Positions 28,601-41,215 are shown, counted from the stretch's first letter. The stretch: DNA of 64,000 nucleotides from Phoronis australis (GCA_002633005.1 NMRA01000948.1:1-64000); one strand, 5' to 3'. The notes: generated by a model not told the origin, from the letters alone. Program-made: numbers and translations.

Positions 28601-29617
28601 CATCGTAGGTAATGGAGGTCTTACCCACTTTGGGTTGATCGTCTGCGACTCAGGTCCCATGCCTGAAAAGCAACAACGTAGATTAGTCCGGAAGCTAAAT
28701 GCCATTTTTTTGCTTCTTTTAACCTGGATTTGCCCGACAGTTTCTTCTTTGCTGTTTCATGTATCCTAGGCATAGTTATAGATGACACTGTATGTTAAAG
28801 GAGATTACCATCTTTGAAGATATTTATGGTCAATTCATCATACTTCACATGCCATAGAAGACACTTTGAATCACTTCTATGAACATGAAATTAATAATCA
28901 TAACAGTTGTTCGAACACTACGGCAACACTTTTGGTTTTGAAAGTTAATAAAATCAACTAAAAGACTTCAAAAGTAAAATGTGCCAAATTCATAAAAACA
29001 TGCACCTTTAAAAAGTGAATATTCTCTTTAAAGGACAGTTAATACTGCTATATTTACAAATCATTCAAAGTGGTGCAGCATTTAAAATAACTCGGAACTC
29101 ATTTGTACACAAAAATTGCTTCCAATACGAACGTTTATTTGTAAAGCAGAGAGATGGTAACAGAAGTAGTAGTCTGAGCTAGCTGTAATAGTGGTCCTCG
29201 TTGCAATTTAGGATGATAAAATACAACATTTTCTGTTGTACATGTACTGCCAGAGGGAGACAATTACCAACGTCTGGTGAATCATTCCTAAGCTCTGCTT
29301 CCATTTCGTCCAGCATTGCCAATTCAGCTTCAAAAGCAGATGGGTCTTCATCATCAAAGTCATTCCTGAAAAGAAATATCCCACAACCTCATAAACCAGG
29401 ATCTGCTTGTATTAAAAGACAGTTGTAGTACAATCAAACACATTTATTTAGACAGTTTGGCGAAAATATGTCAATGTTATGACAACATTGCTTATACAGT
29501 TATCATTAGATTATATGTTTTATTAGTTGATGCACGCAGTAACTGACACAAAAATTCTTACTTGGCCTTTTTAGATACAGGTCCACCTTTACCTTGGAAC
29601 TGCTTGCGTTTGTCCAT
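13664..29617 (-). CDS. POLD1: DNA polymerase delta catalytic subunit (3' partial)
   Basis: 15 coding exons: 29617-29562, 29365-29268, 28662-28546, 27314-27142, 26312-26219, 25369-25201, 23153-22915, 22219-22053, 20670-20425, 19698-19588, 18462-18271, 16654-16566, 15681-15565, 14973-14860, 13811-13664. Total 2130 nt, all phases consistent. Motifs: ExoI LSFDIEC, Exo[14 protein letters not shown], Exo[11 protein letters not shown], Pol [12 protein letters not shown], Pol [18 protein letters not shown]. Motif C (YGDTDS) and the C-terminal Cys clusters were not found in the window. Confidence 0.98.
15825..16335. repeat. Degenerate ~18-20 bp tandem repeat (GACACCATGACTCA(C/T)GT)
   Basis: Many imperfect copies in a POLD1 intron. 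Confidence 0.85.
18712..18866. repeat. 76-bp direct tandem duplication
   Basis: CAAGAATG(C/T)TGAAAACACAGGCC...GCTAATGTGA occurs twice. Confidence 0.9.
19793..19864 (-). mobile_element. tRNA-derived SINE head / tRNA-like relic
   Basis: A-box-like TAGCTGAATGG and B-box GGTTCGATTCC at tRNA spacing. The cloverleaf is degenerate. Confidence 0.55.
25717..26003. repeat. Minisatellite, 27-28 bp unit, about 10 copies
   Basis: Unit ACAAGGCAACATGGCCGGCTCCATATT(T). It explains the three overlapping ORFs at 25679-26021. Confidence 0.97.
26740..26997 (+). mobile_element. hAT-like MITE, 258 bp
   Basis: Perfect 12-bp TIR CAGGGCTTGGAA...TTCCAAGCCCTG. Flanked by CAAGGA/CTAGGA. Confidence 0.8.
27410..27625 (+). 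repeat. Dispersed repeat family (also about 34230-34460 and, inverted, about 59262-59460)
   Basis: Shared blocks TGAAATTTCACT, TATGGCGTA(A/G)CTATTACC and ATGTGGTAAGCCTCTGAAAA. Confidence 0.75.
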
Positions 29618-30710
29618 ATCCTGAAGAAAATGAAACAGAGTTCTTTTATTCTGAAAGACAATTTTGGCAACAGACCTTCTCACATTCACATTGATTGATA
29701 TCGCAAAGTTGGCCAAGTTTGCATTAACAGGCAATACTGTCAAATTTCAATAAAAATTCCACTCTGATAGAGAAGGCCCCTACGTAACCAGTGGCAACAG
29801 CTAAAACGGGTACTGTCACTAATAGAACGACCTGGAAATAAGAACTATGCTCTCTCCCTCACATAAAATTTTACCACGTGACAATTGGGTCCCACAGCAG
29901 CGCCACCAATGAAGGAATGGTTTAGAGGTCAAAAGGCACAAGAATACTCAGTCTGAACTTTCCTCATGTGAAAAATTTTATCAAAAGCTGCCTGGGAAAT
30001 TTTGACTACTGGTACTTGAACAGAATGCAGTCAATCTAGGGCTATTTTACCTTTTCTTTTGAAAAGTCTGAAAATCATTTAGGGTCAACACTTCAAGATC
30101 AAGTTTCGCAAGAATGCAGTCATTGAAAACAAATGACAGAAAAAAATTCCTGGAGAAAATTTTTAATTCAAGGTAGATGCTAAAGTATAGATTGGTCAGA
30201 CAATCAGGTATGTGGGTCCAGTATGGACATTCAACACCGTCAGAATTCATCCAAGGGGAGGCGTAATGAACAATTCCCATTTGGTTGCCCTCCCCTAGTT
30301 GAATACTTTTGGCCACATCAGTAACATGGTACAAACAGAAGAACTTACTGCTTGATTGGCCAAGGGTATTTATTCTATCATTTTCTTTCTCAAGTAGGCG
30401 ATTTTTCGAGAATGTTGTTTACAGTTAATATTGTTGGCATTGATGTATTTTCTAGTACCGTTATTTCAGCCAGGCAGCTATAGTATATAAAACAGATTTC
30501 ATCTTGCGCTTATTTTACAGAAATAGACTGTGATAAAATGCTTGGAATTCTCTGAACAACTTCTTTGGGTTCTTCCTGCACTCTCGTGGTTTTAAGACTT
30601 TAATTTCCATGAAAAAATTAAGTTGTGTAAATACCTTTTTAAATCATAGGGTCTGTTTTTAGAACAGAGCGCATGATAGGATACCATACTACAGTCATCA
30701 ACCAAACTCC

Positions 30711-30721
30711 GCGGCCATCTT
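30711..30721 (-). promoter_or_regulatory. YY1-type motif near the probable POLD1 transcription start
   Basis: AAGATGGCCGC on the POLD1 strand about 1.1 kb upstream of the ATG exon. That exon has a splice acceptor just before the ATG, so an upstream non-coding exon is required. Confidence 0.45.
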
Positions 30722-32459
30722 AATGTTTTATTTGGGATACGCTCAGTTCTTTTTACAAAGGGAAATTATATTGATTAAAAACACGTGCACGGAAAATTAA
30801 TTTCACCACATGTAAGGCACATTTTCAAATGCTAAAAGATGTTTTAAGTGCTATAGTTCTGATTGGTTTTTTAATTGTTCAGGCCACTAAAACAAAGAAA
30901 TGTGACAGGCTCAAAACTTGCCAATACTAAATAATCTAATGTATGGCTGAGGTGGCAGCGGCAAATCAGTCATATGGCGTGAGCAACAACTCAACTTTTT
31001 TACATAATACCATAAATTTCACAACTGTAATTGTAGATTGCTATTGCGAAACCTGCCTGTTTACCAACTACGTCATAGACATGACATGACATCATTTACT
31101 AAAAATAAAACACCAAGGCCAAACAAAGCTATCACAACATAACTCTGTAATAAAATCTTTAAAAGTTCAATAATTTTAGTGTAAAAGCTGCATCATCACA
31201 GGTTCATAAGATGTCACAACCTCTGTCTAATGTTCTTGTAAACAATAAGTAGGGTAGATTAGAATTCTACCCCATTGAGTTAGTGGAGTGGTCTTAAACA
31301 GGTATTGAATTTGTTTGGCCTAACCCTGTGTAAATAATGTCACATGACAATGTATGTACAGCACTTTTCAGGGGGACTCAAATATCAGAGCAAGGTTGTT
31401 GGCACAGAAAACTGAGCTAAACCACAGGTAGGATAAACAGCAACTGCCAGCTGTCTGGTGACATATTTAAGTGCTGGGAGTTATTCTTAACAGTCAGTGT
31501 TTGGCATGTAACTGTTACCATGTTTATTTACTTGAATATTTTGAAAACAAACCACAGATGCTGGACTGTTTTGTAGGGTAGAAGATGAGCAACTTGAAAG
31601 GGGTGCCTCTTCAAAATGGTCGCTAACCCCGGCGGAACCAATTTTAATGGGCATTACTGTTACTCAGTGAAAACCAGTTTCCGGCAGCTATTTTGAAGGA
31701 GTTTCGTTGAGCTGACTTTAACTATTCGGTAGATGCAATAATGTCGAGAACTCCTAGTGTGATCAGGCATTTTTCACTTGTAATACGGTACATGCAGGCG
31801 ATGTCTCACAAAGTTTTGCTTGATTACGTATTTTCTGGAGGTTCCCATGCTGAAGGAATGTCCTTTTGAATAGTAAGTTACCTGGTCATCTGTGATATTC
31901 TTAAGAAAAAACTTTGTGGAGCAACGCAACTGCAAAGTCGACAAGTCAGGCCTACCTAAACTGCTGTTAAGGCCTTGGTGTTACTTGTTTACCATACATC
32001 AGGTAGCCCAGTTGAACTATAAGCTACACAAAAATTCACTTGTTCCATCAGTAACCCTCAATAAGTTACAATGGCGCACCAAGTCAATAGTTTGGGAAGT
32101 TCTAGCTGATGGATCTGTTTCATGTAAGTGATTAAGACTTAAGAAAGAAATTTGGTCTTACCCTCCCTCTTCACAATTGTTGAATAAAAGTTTAGCAAAG
32201 TAATTATGAGCACATAAGAGTCTAGAAATAATTATAAAACTTATTTCAATAACTAGCAGTTACGCGTATGTCCTCAGAAACTTTGCACTTTAGCTCAAGT
32301 AAGTTTTAATCATTTTTCATAAATAGTTGTAAGGAGCGTAACAACAAATTTTTGTCTTACGTCTTAGTCATTTTTCATGAAACAAACCCCAGTACTACTG
32401 AAAGCAACACGGGAAAAACCTAATTGGCTATCCTAATTCTTTCATCAACAGGTACAAAT

Positions 32460-35310
32460 ATGAGCGGTAGAGTTGAACAAACACCCATTTTGAAAGAGCA
32501 GCAAGCAGATGATCCCCCACCGCCCTATGATGGGGTGACCAGCCAGCCACCTGCACCCCAATACCAACAGTACCCACCCTATCCTGCACAGTCTCAGTAC
32601 CCACAACAGTACGGCACAGGTAATATGTCTGACAATATCAACAACTAGGCCTGTTTCATACTAACGTTGACGTGTCGATGTTTTGGGGAGTTGTGGTAAA
32701 AGTGCAAGACCACGCATGGATATAATGTATGATACATTTTTATTTTAGTGATATGTCTGTCGATATGTCTGTCGATCAGATTTCCAGAATTTCCACAACA
32801 GTGATAATTTGTGAGGTGCTAAAGGTGTTGTGCTGCTTGTGACAATTCACATGTATTACCACTACCACTACCATGAGTGAACAAAATCTGTTTTGACTTT
32901 TTGTCTGTAAGAAATACAATTTCTGAAAACAAGTGAACAGTAAGCAGTAGTGTCATTTTATAGTGTCTCAAACTTTTTATAGTTTGAAGTAATTTTCTGT
33001 TTAAATATAACCAATCTCTGGATAGAGCTAAAATACGATAATTTGATTGTGCAGAATTGTCTCAAATTTTATTTATTATATGTTTGAAGTAGTGTACTTT
33101 AGACCCTCAGTATTGTAAGTATAAGGTACAATGAAAACATTATGATATGGTATGGAAATGTTTTGCACTTATTGTTGAAGCAATGACGTGGTCACGTGGG
33201 GGCACAACAGGGTCTTGGCCTGTAGGTTCATTACAAAAAGGCCCTTTTGTTGAAACACCTTTCAATTTTGCGTTTTACTCCTCCTCGTTGATTGCACAGT
33301 ATTCCCAGGTTGCACTCATGGACAACAATTTCACATTTGCCCGAGTTGAATCCTTCTAGCTGTACCTGCCTAGTGTGTTGAGATACACAGGTCTAAACGT
33401 CATGCTTTATTTACAGGACAGACCCAGCAAGTGATCGTACAAGCCCCTGTGAAGTTAGTAAAGCTACTTGGTAGACAGCCTCAAGAGTGGGACTGTCAGT
33501 TCTGTCAAGCACACATGGTCACTATTACAAAGTACATCAGAGGCAACATGAATTGGCTAGCATCTGCAGTCTTGTGCCTCGCACTGTGAGTATACAGCCA
33601 TCAATAAACAAAGGGGTGGGAGGGGGGGTTAGAAAAGACACACGCTAGGGGATCACCAATGCAGGTGATAACAGATAACTGCAACCTGCAGAAACAAGAA
33701 ACTAGATCAACAACAGATTCTTGCTGCCTGAAATGTTGAATGAAAGATGAGACACGAGAACACAATGACGATCAGTGTTTCACTTACCAAAGCATTAGAA
33801 AAGAATGCTTTGGAAGTAAAGCAGTTTCAGTGAAAACTGTCATAGTTAACAAAAACATTAAAACACTTGCGAAATTTCTCAAGCAGGCTGGTAGACTTGC
33901 AGAGTGTGAGCAGTGAGATTTAAAGTACAATGTCTGTTGCCATGGGCCTGTAAGAAGGCCTAAATAACGTGTGGGATTTTCTGTTACTTTATTTCGAAAA
34001 AATTTTGACACCACTGTTCCATTATTATTATGTTATCATCAAATTTTACTTTCAAGATTAAACATAAAACTTGACCAGACCCGTGGGTTCTTTCACATGA
34101 ACTTTCAAATTCCATAAATGTGATTTTATAGTTTTCGACCAGACATGGCCAATCACTGAAAATCTGACTCTTTTTGGTTTAGCTGCAACCTCACCAATCA
34201 AACTTACGTACTGTTGAGGGTAAATGTTCTTCAGCTTGGTACTTTTATATGATGGACAGATGAAATTTCACTTTGTTGAATTTCTTAACAAATATAACTT
34301 TTTAGAGAAATTTATTTTGCTTTTAGCACGGTTTGTATGGCGTAGCTATTACCAAACAACATTTGGTAAAATTTTGAACATTTACAACTATGTGGTAAGC
34401 CTCTGAAAAATAGAAATATGGCAATTTTAGCAATTATTTTGTCCCAAATAAAAGAATTAATACCGTATAACCAGGTTACTGAATACCATGTAATTTTTTT
34501 TAAGTTCTATAATTAAATTGCACATAGATAGAGGTTAAAGTTTCAAATCGGTATTTCACGAAACCTTTTTGAAAGACTGCAGCACTGTTTTTCTGGGATA
34601 GTGCTACGGAACCAGCATTATGTACTGTAAAATGTCGTATTGACTAAGTCAACTCTTGAATTCATATAACGGTTGGCATTAGTAATTTACTTATCAAATT
34701 GAGGTAGATTCCTGTTTAAATAATGATGAATTATTGTTAGACTGTGGAATAAGCTCCTTGTCAGGTTCATGAAGAATGGAACTGTCTTGAGTTGGCACAG
34801 CTTAAAATGCCATCGACATTACAAGTTACCCTAGAACAAGTTACTAAGTTTAGTAGTAGTTTGCACTGGAGCAACTTGACTCATGTGTAATGTTCAATTT
34901 ACCCTACCTTATCGTTGTTGTGTGAACGCAAACGTACTGACAAAATGGATGAAACTACCCGCCATACACTTGCTCAGTTACGCACATAGCGTTGTCTCAT
35001 TTTTGCGCCATATTTGTCGCATGGTGAAGGCTGCCTGTGTAGTTTGGACGCTTGGCTGAATGGTGCACTCTAGAGCAAGTTGTTCTAGGTTAACTCTAAG
35101 TGTGCACACTTATTAAATGGCTGCGGACAAACCACAAGTGCTTTTATTTGACGGTTTTCATGATCGACTCTCGACTTTTATTTCAGACCCGGTATAACAT
35201 GGTTGGGATGTGCATGCATTCCCTTCTGTATGAACAGCCTGAAAGACATCGAGCACACCTGTCCCAACTGTAACCAGGTAGTTGGTGTATGGCAACACAC
35301 CTCTAACTAA
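32460..35310 (+). CDS. LITAF/CDIP1-family zinc-ribbon membrane-associated protein 1 (150 aa)
   Basis: Exons 32460-32619, 33417-33585 and 35187-35310. PPPPY motif, CQFC...hydrophobic segment...CIPFC...DIEHTCPNC. Confidence 0.93.
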
Positions 35311-36935
35311 TACCACCAGGAGAGCTTACCTTCCATCAACCTTTAGAGGAATGTCCAAATAAGGTACAACTTCACAGCTGGAAGCTTGGAGCCTGTTGCT
35401 AATCCAACAAGAAAAATCGAAAGAAACGTCAGATTTTGCCTGATGCTTACCTATGGCAGATTTGTGAAATTGAACGTTTGACAACCCACAGTATTTTATT
35501 TTGTAACTTAAAAGGAAAAAGATAAAAATGGAATTGAGTTGTGTATGTATTTTTGTATATATATTACCAGATTATACAACTATTTTTGTAGATACTTGTG
35601 ATTGAGTAATAAATGATCAATGACTGCACTTTCCTTTTCCGATGCAAATACGTGTACAAACTATTTTTCCCTCAGACTGCTGCTGTACAAAATAATCGAG
35701 ACAAACACCGTGTTTCAAGTGCCATGTACGAACTAATAGAGAAAACACCGTCCGTAAATCTAACCATTGAGCTACAACTAAACTATGTCTTACTTTTATT
35801 AATTATTTATTGTCTGTTTTTAATTATTTATATTTATATTTTAGTTAATCGTCTTACTTTCTTTATCTTCTATTAATCATATTTTATCTATTATTCTGTT
35901 TCAACAGTCTTTCCATGTTAATTTCTTATTCTTTGCTGATTATTTAAATAGTGTCTTTTATTTTGTAATTCTGTTAAAGTTTGTCTGTCTGTATGTTTTT
36001 ACTGAGGGCCCCATGGAAAGCAGTGTAAACTGATGGGGCTACCCTCATTGTAAATATTACATTAATATTAATAATAATAATAATAATCAAACGTAGGCTC
36101 CCTGCACAAAATAGAGGTTCTGTCGCTGACCTTGATTACGACCTCTAGAGCACCACGAGCTCAAATCGATGGGGCCTCTGGACTTTTTCTAACTTATAAG
36201 AGACCCAGAACAGCATTAATCCAACACACCAAGCAAGTCCCCCCCCCCGCAATATAAAGAGGTTTGCAAGAGGAGAATAACATGGGATGTAACATTCAGA
36301 AAAATCTATTTTTACTGAGCAAGATTGTCAGTAAAAAATCCAGAATTAAAGTCGCTGAATCTTTGTTTTCATTTTTCATTGCAAATGAACCTCCATGAGA
36401 GGCCCACCACATAATGTGATGATAGTGAGGTGGTTAGGCAGGAATGTTTACTTAGTGCCTGACTTTCATGAACCAAATCTAGCTAAACCCACCATAGCTT
36501 GCAATGTTGATAAGATCTAGCCAGTCTGCCAGCCAGCCTTTGCCAGTGAAACAAATGCAACAAACACAACAAACACCTTGCTTGGGCGATATTGAGAGAA
36601 GGACTTTGACAATGCTGGATAACAACTAGATTTATCATAACTGCAGACAGATAAGTTGAACCACAGATTTACAATTTTCTCTCATGAGCATAGGTGGTTA
36701 CGTTTTCATGTTTGGATTTGAACCGACTGGAATTGGAACTGAACAAAAATACACAAGTTTAATTTTCAGAGATCTGAGTTTTCTCAATACACATCTATTT
36801 TTAATCAAAAGAATAAACTTTTGAAAACCTTGAAAAAAGGTATTATCTCCATTTTTCTGTCTATACATACAACAACAAAAATTTCATGAACAATTACAAC
36901 GATGTACTGATCAGCAACTTGTTTGGAGAAAAGAA

Positions 36936-39900
36936 TTAGGTTCCATACTTGTACAAAATACCACGTTGCAAGCTTGCGCCCTGACATGAAAAGGAGACCA
37001 GAGAATGGCGTAAACAGGTTATTTTTTATTACTAGACTAGATTTCCGCTTTTTGTGGGAAATGAAGAATTAGTGTTACCATAAGTCGTGAACATTTACCG
37101 TATCTTGGTACCTTTCAAAGCCAACAATAGAATGTCAGCTTTCTAATTTCCCAGCTGGCCACGTTTGGCCTACCCCGCTACACCATCCTTCCCAAAATTG
37201 ACCTTGCACCCTAACTGGCAAGAGGTCCTCTCTCAGTACCAAGAAGCTGGTCAGTAAGCCATGCATTTCATTACATAACATATCTGCATCCATGTAATCT
37301 GGGATATTCCATTTTGAAAAATGTAGGTCATGGTATGACCTCTAATATTCACTAGAGAACAAAACTAGAGCACACAAAACATTTGCTACTCTGTAACAAT
37401 GATGTATCTACAAACAATAGTGTGCCAACTGAATAGTGTTTAAGTTCAACAACCAGTCTGCTGACTGACAGCTGGCCTCCTCACACACATTGTGACCCAG
37501 ATAAAGGTTAGGTCACTTGTGCAGTGCAGCAGTGCAGCAGATATTACACATAATCCAAGCTAGAGGTCAGTTACTTATTGAAGTCCAACCAGTCAGCAGG
37601 TAAGTACAGATTTAGACTGATGTCATTCTGGTGTGATTAGGTTGATAAACAGATGGGTTACTTGAGGTGTTACTCTTTGATAACAAAGTATTGGAATCAT
37701 AACATGCATTCTCAATGAAAGTGAGTGTACAGGAAACAAATCTGGATAATGAATGTACTTGTGAATCCAGGTCAACAAGAAATGACAGGCAGTTCAACTT
37801 ACCACAAGATTAGTAGAATATCTAATATAAAAGCATTCATTTCAGCCAGAAAATATTGAGAAGGGATTTCAATCTTTTGTACATGAATCATGAAGAAATA
37901 TGGATGAAAGTCAACTGCATAAAATAACTGGAAAAACAGGTTTAAAGACCACAGAGGTCTTTGAAATTATGACATTCATCTCAGATGGGTTTACGCCCTT
38001 TGCAGGGTACCAGGTATTAGTTCTTAGAAAAAAGTGAACTCCTTGATCGAGTTATCCTATGATTTGGTATGAACAGATTCAAAATGGGTGTGCGACTGCA
38101 GCATTGCTTGAAATGATATTCCATGTCTTCAACAAGACTAAACATTGACCTGGACATTACGGGCACTAGTCGGATATAATGGACCCTAACTTATTCCAAA
38201 TAAATCCACTAAATGTAGGTCTAAATGAATGATTTTGGTATCGTTGCATTCCTCAGACATCTGGCTATTCGTACGAATCATTTTCACGACCCTCAATTAC
38301 TCTAGTCTATAGCTACGCTGTTCCGAACTCGGTCCACTTTAGCCACGCGCATCGTGAAATCGGCAGCCATTTCAGGGAACTTACTGTATCTAGCGACATC
38401 TATCAGCGATTTGCTACAACATGTGCTGTTCCTTTTTCATCAGTCAACGTCATTGGTCGATTTCGTCAATATTATTAACGTCAGTCGTTATTAATCATCT
38501 GCTCTCGTCATCACCTTCGTCGTCTCTCTCACGATCGTATCTGTCATCGTCATGTTATCGTCGTCCATGTTGACTGATGAAAAAGGAACAGCGCGTGTTG
38601 TAGCAAATCGCCGATAGATGGCGCTAGATATAGTAAGTTCCCTGAAATGGCTGCCGATTTCACAATGCGTGTGGCTAACGCTAAAGTGTACCAAGTTCAG
38701 AATGGCGTAGTTATAGACTAGAGTAATTGAGGGTCGTGAAAAGGATTTGTACGGATAGCCAGATGTCTGAGGAATGCAACGATACCAAAATCATTCATTT
38801 AGACCTACATTTAGTGGATTTATTTGGAATAAGTTAGGGTCCATTATATAAGACTAGTACCGACATTACGAACTAATACTTCAAGTGCAAAAATTAGCTG
38901 CTAGGGTAAACACATGACAGGCCATCTTTGGCTGGATCACATTTAGGTAATAGACAATGAGGTCCACTGGATATTCTCCAAGCACTGAGGTTAACATCAT
39001 TACAGTAAAAATTGCTGAAAGGACAGTCTCCCTAATTTCGTTTGGGACATGGTCGAATGAGGCATTCACCATATTTCTCAAATTTCGGACATGTCAATTT
39101 TAGCGGCACTGGTCGTATTTCACATTTCGGGCAGTGCATTTTTTCGTTTGATCGGGGGCTGAATGTAAATCTAAGAGTTTTGTGTGACATTTTACAAGTT
39201 TGTGATTGTGTAATTACACTTACTGAGTAATTAGTGTCTAAATGCTCAGTGCTCTCAGCGAGAGCACTCGGGAACGAAATGGTTTCATTTGCATATCACG
39301 TTTTGGTCGTGATAGACCGACGGGAAAAACTGCCCATACAGCTCCAATGGGTAATAAACTATTGAAATCGCTGTTCAAAGCGTGTCAAGTGAAAGGCCTT
39401 GTAACCCCTGAGATTCTATCACGAACATTTCGCGTTAAAGGCTATATATTTATATAGTGTTCTCCACCCTCAAAAACTCAAACAGGTCGCGTTTATAACC
39501 AGTTCGAAAGTTTACACAGTGTGAATCTCAAGCATGTACTCACGAACACACAAAATGATACTTTTTGTTCAAAATGAAAAAATCAATTGTGTGGTGTGCT
39601 ATTTAAACAGGTCAGAGGAAAAATCAAACAGGTCGCGTCGACCTGTTAAAACGGGTCATGAAGAACATTGCTTTATGAATGTAGATCATGCTCACAAAAT
39701 TAATAAAATAGACTTGGGACGATTCTTTTTTTGCCACATAGCATTTGTTGAAGGCTCGATCAGCCTTGTGTAATACTAAAAAGTACACATGGTTTGAGAA
39801 GAGCAAGTACATTCGTGAACAAAAAGAAATGTCCCTTTAATTGATGAACTATAATAATAAGACAAATAACAAGTAAACAAAATTGTTGTCCCATGCAAGG

Positions 39901-40980
39901 CGGGTGCAAGACGAGTACCCTACACCCCAAACAGCAGAACGCCCAACCTCAAATTGTAAAACCTGCCACTAGGTAATGTAGACTCAATCCCACATCTACC
40001 AACTACTCGTGATCACAATTTCAACTCCCAAAATGCATGTCGTTTTAATTACTTGGAATTTAGTGAGCAGAATTTTGAGTTGCACCAAAAGCAACTCATG
40101 TCTCGGCGACAACAAATACTCAAGATGAAAACCTTTTACTGAAGGAAACAGGGAGGTGTTCTTTGCTCATGCACACAAATGATCATATTTAGTACGGCAT
40201 TTCAGACCCTGAAATAAAACATAGTATTCTGATATAAAAGCAACAATAACACCTAGACCAGGCTTTATGACATGCTTTCAATTCCTAAGAACTTTGGAAA
40301 TTATTCCTGGATATTATGGATCTGGTCAATCTTAATCCTTCTGCACCGATTAAACTTAACATGATTTTGAAAAAGCCTCAAGTGCTAAAATGACCCTGTG
40401 GTTACCTGAATGGGGAAATATCCAAGACCTACAAAATTTTTGACAACTGTGATGTGACTACATTTATATTCCAGTTTCAGCATTCAAATCTCGTCATAAT
40501 AGTGCTAGACTCCGTGAGACACGTCATCACTAAACATCCAAATACTGACCTGCTTTCCCATCCTTGCATCAAACCTAAGACATTTGCTGCACAGATTACC
40601 AAATATTTACAATTACGACATTCAGCCAACAACAAAATGAATGTAGACTACGTGCTTAGTTAAGAAGTGTATTTTAGAATGCTGTTTTATCGAAAATTTT
40701 ATTTATCTTTTTTCCATTATTTGATGAAGTGCAACTATGCTATGAGCAAAAGTGTTGGAAACATGAAAACGATTAATGAGAATACTCAGCTTTGTTAATG
40801 TTTTTCTCAATTAAATGGTTGCGTAAAACATTCTTAAAAAATGGCTTGTCATATTCAGTTGTTTTTGTATCAAGCTATAATAAATCTGTGGTAAGAAATC
40901 TTTGCTTGTGAAAAACCGTGAATTCTATTCCATAACTCAACATTCCAACCTCACCGACCAATCACTTCAATAGCCGCCAT
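36936..40980 (-). CDS. Candidate 45-aa microprotein gene made of microexons (MAAIEVIGRFDARMGKQVLDISPFRYSTNLVGASLQRGILYKYGT)
   Basis: Exons 40980-40955 (26 nt, donor GTGAGG), 40574-40550 (25 nt, tcttag/GTCAGT), 40428-40406 (23 nt, ttttgtag/GTAACC), 37821-37803 (19 nt, ttttatattag/GTAAGT) and 36980-36936 (45 nt, ccttttcatgtcag, ends TAA). They total 138 nt in one open frame. Start context is CTAAAATGGCGG, and ATTAAA lies at 36805-36800. Confidence 0.65.
38162..38861. mobile_element. Mutator-like (MULE) non-autonomous foldback element, 700 bp
   Basis: About 285-bp terminal inverted repeats (GGCACTAGTC...GACTAGTACC) around a ~120-bp spacer. Exact 9-bp TSD GACATTACG at 38153-38161 and 38862-38870. 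Confidence 0.92.
40473..40535 (-). ncRNA. Candidate box C/D snoRNA in intron 2 of the microexon gene
   Basis: GTTTA-GTGATGA(C)-CGTGTCTCA-CGGA(D'?)-GTCTAGCACTATT-ATGACGA(C')-GATTTGAATG-CTGA(D)-AAC, with a short GTTT/AAAC terminal stem. It is on the host strand and fills about half of a 121-nt intron. Confidence 0.5.
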
Positions 40981-40984
40981 TTTA
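40973..40984 (-). promoter_or_regulatory. YY1 consensus overlapping the start codon
   Basis: AAAATGGCGGC. This overlap is typical of housekeeping genes with short 5' UTRs. Confidence 0.55.
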
Positions 40985-41125
40985 GATGCGTTCAATATAC
41001 AGCGACACGATCTTTGAAGGCACATTTGCTACATCGTTTTCGTGCCATTGGAGTTTCAGGTTATTTGTTGTTGTCTAATACTTTACAAGTTCTTTCTCGG
41101 TTGCATTACTCTATCCATGCGTCCA

Positions 41126-41215
41126 ATGCCAACGAAGTTTTACTGCTGTGCTGTGGGCTGCAACTCCGATGTGAAGAAGTTTGATAAACTGGACAAATAC
41201 ACAAAAATGTGCCTG
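41126..41215 (+). pseudogene. THAP zinc-finger N-terminal fragment
   Basis: MPTKFYCCAVGCNSDVKK resembles the THAP start M-x-C-C-A-x-G-C-x-N/S. The downstream FP, W and CxxHF motifs are absent. Confidence 0.4.
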
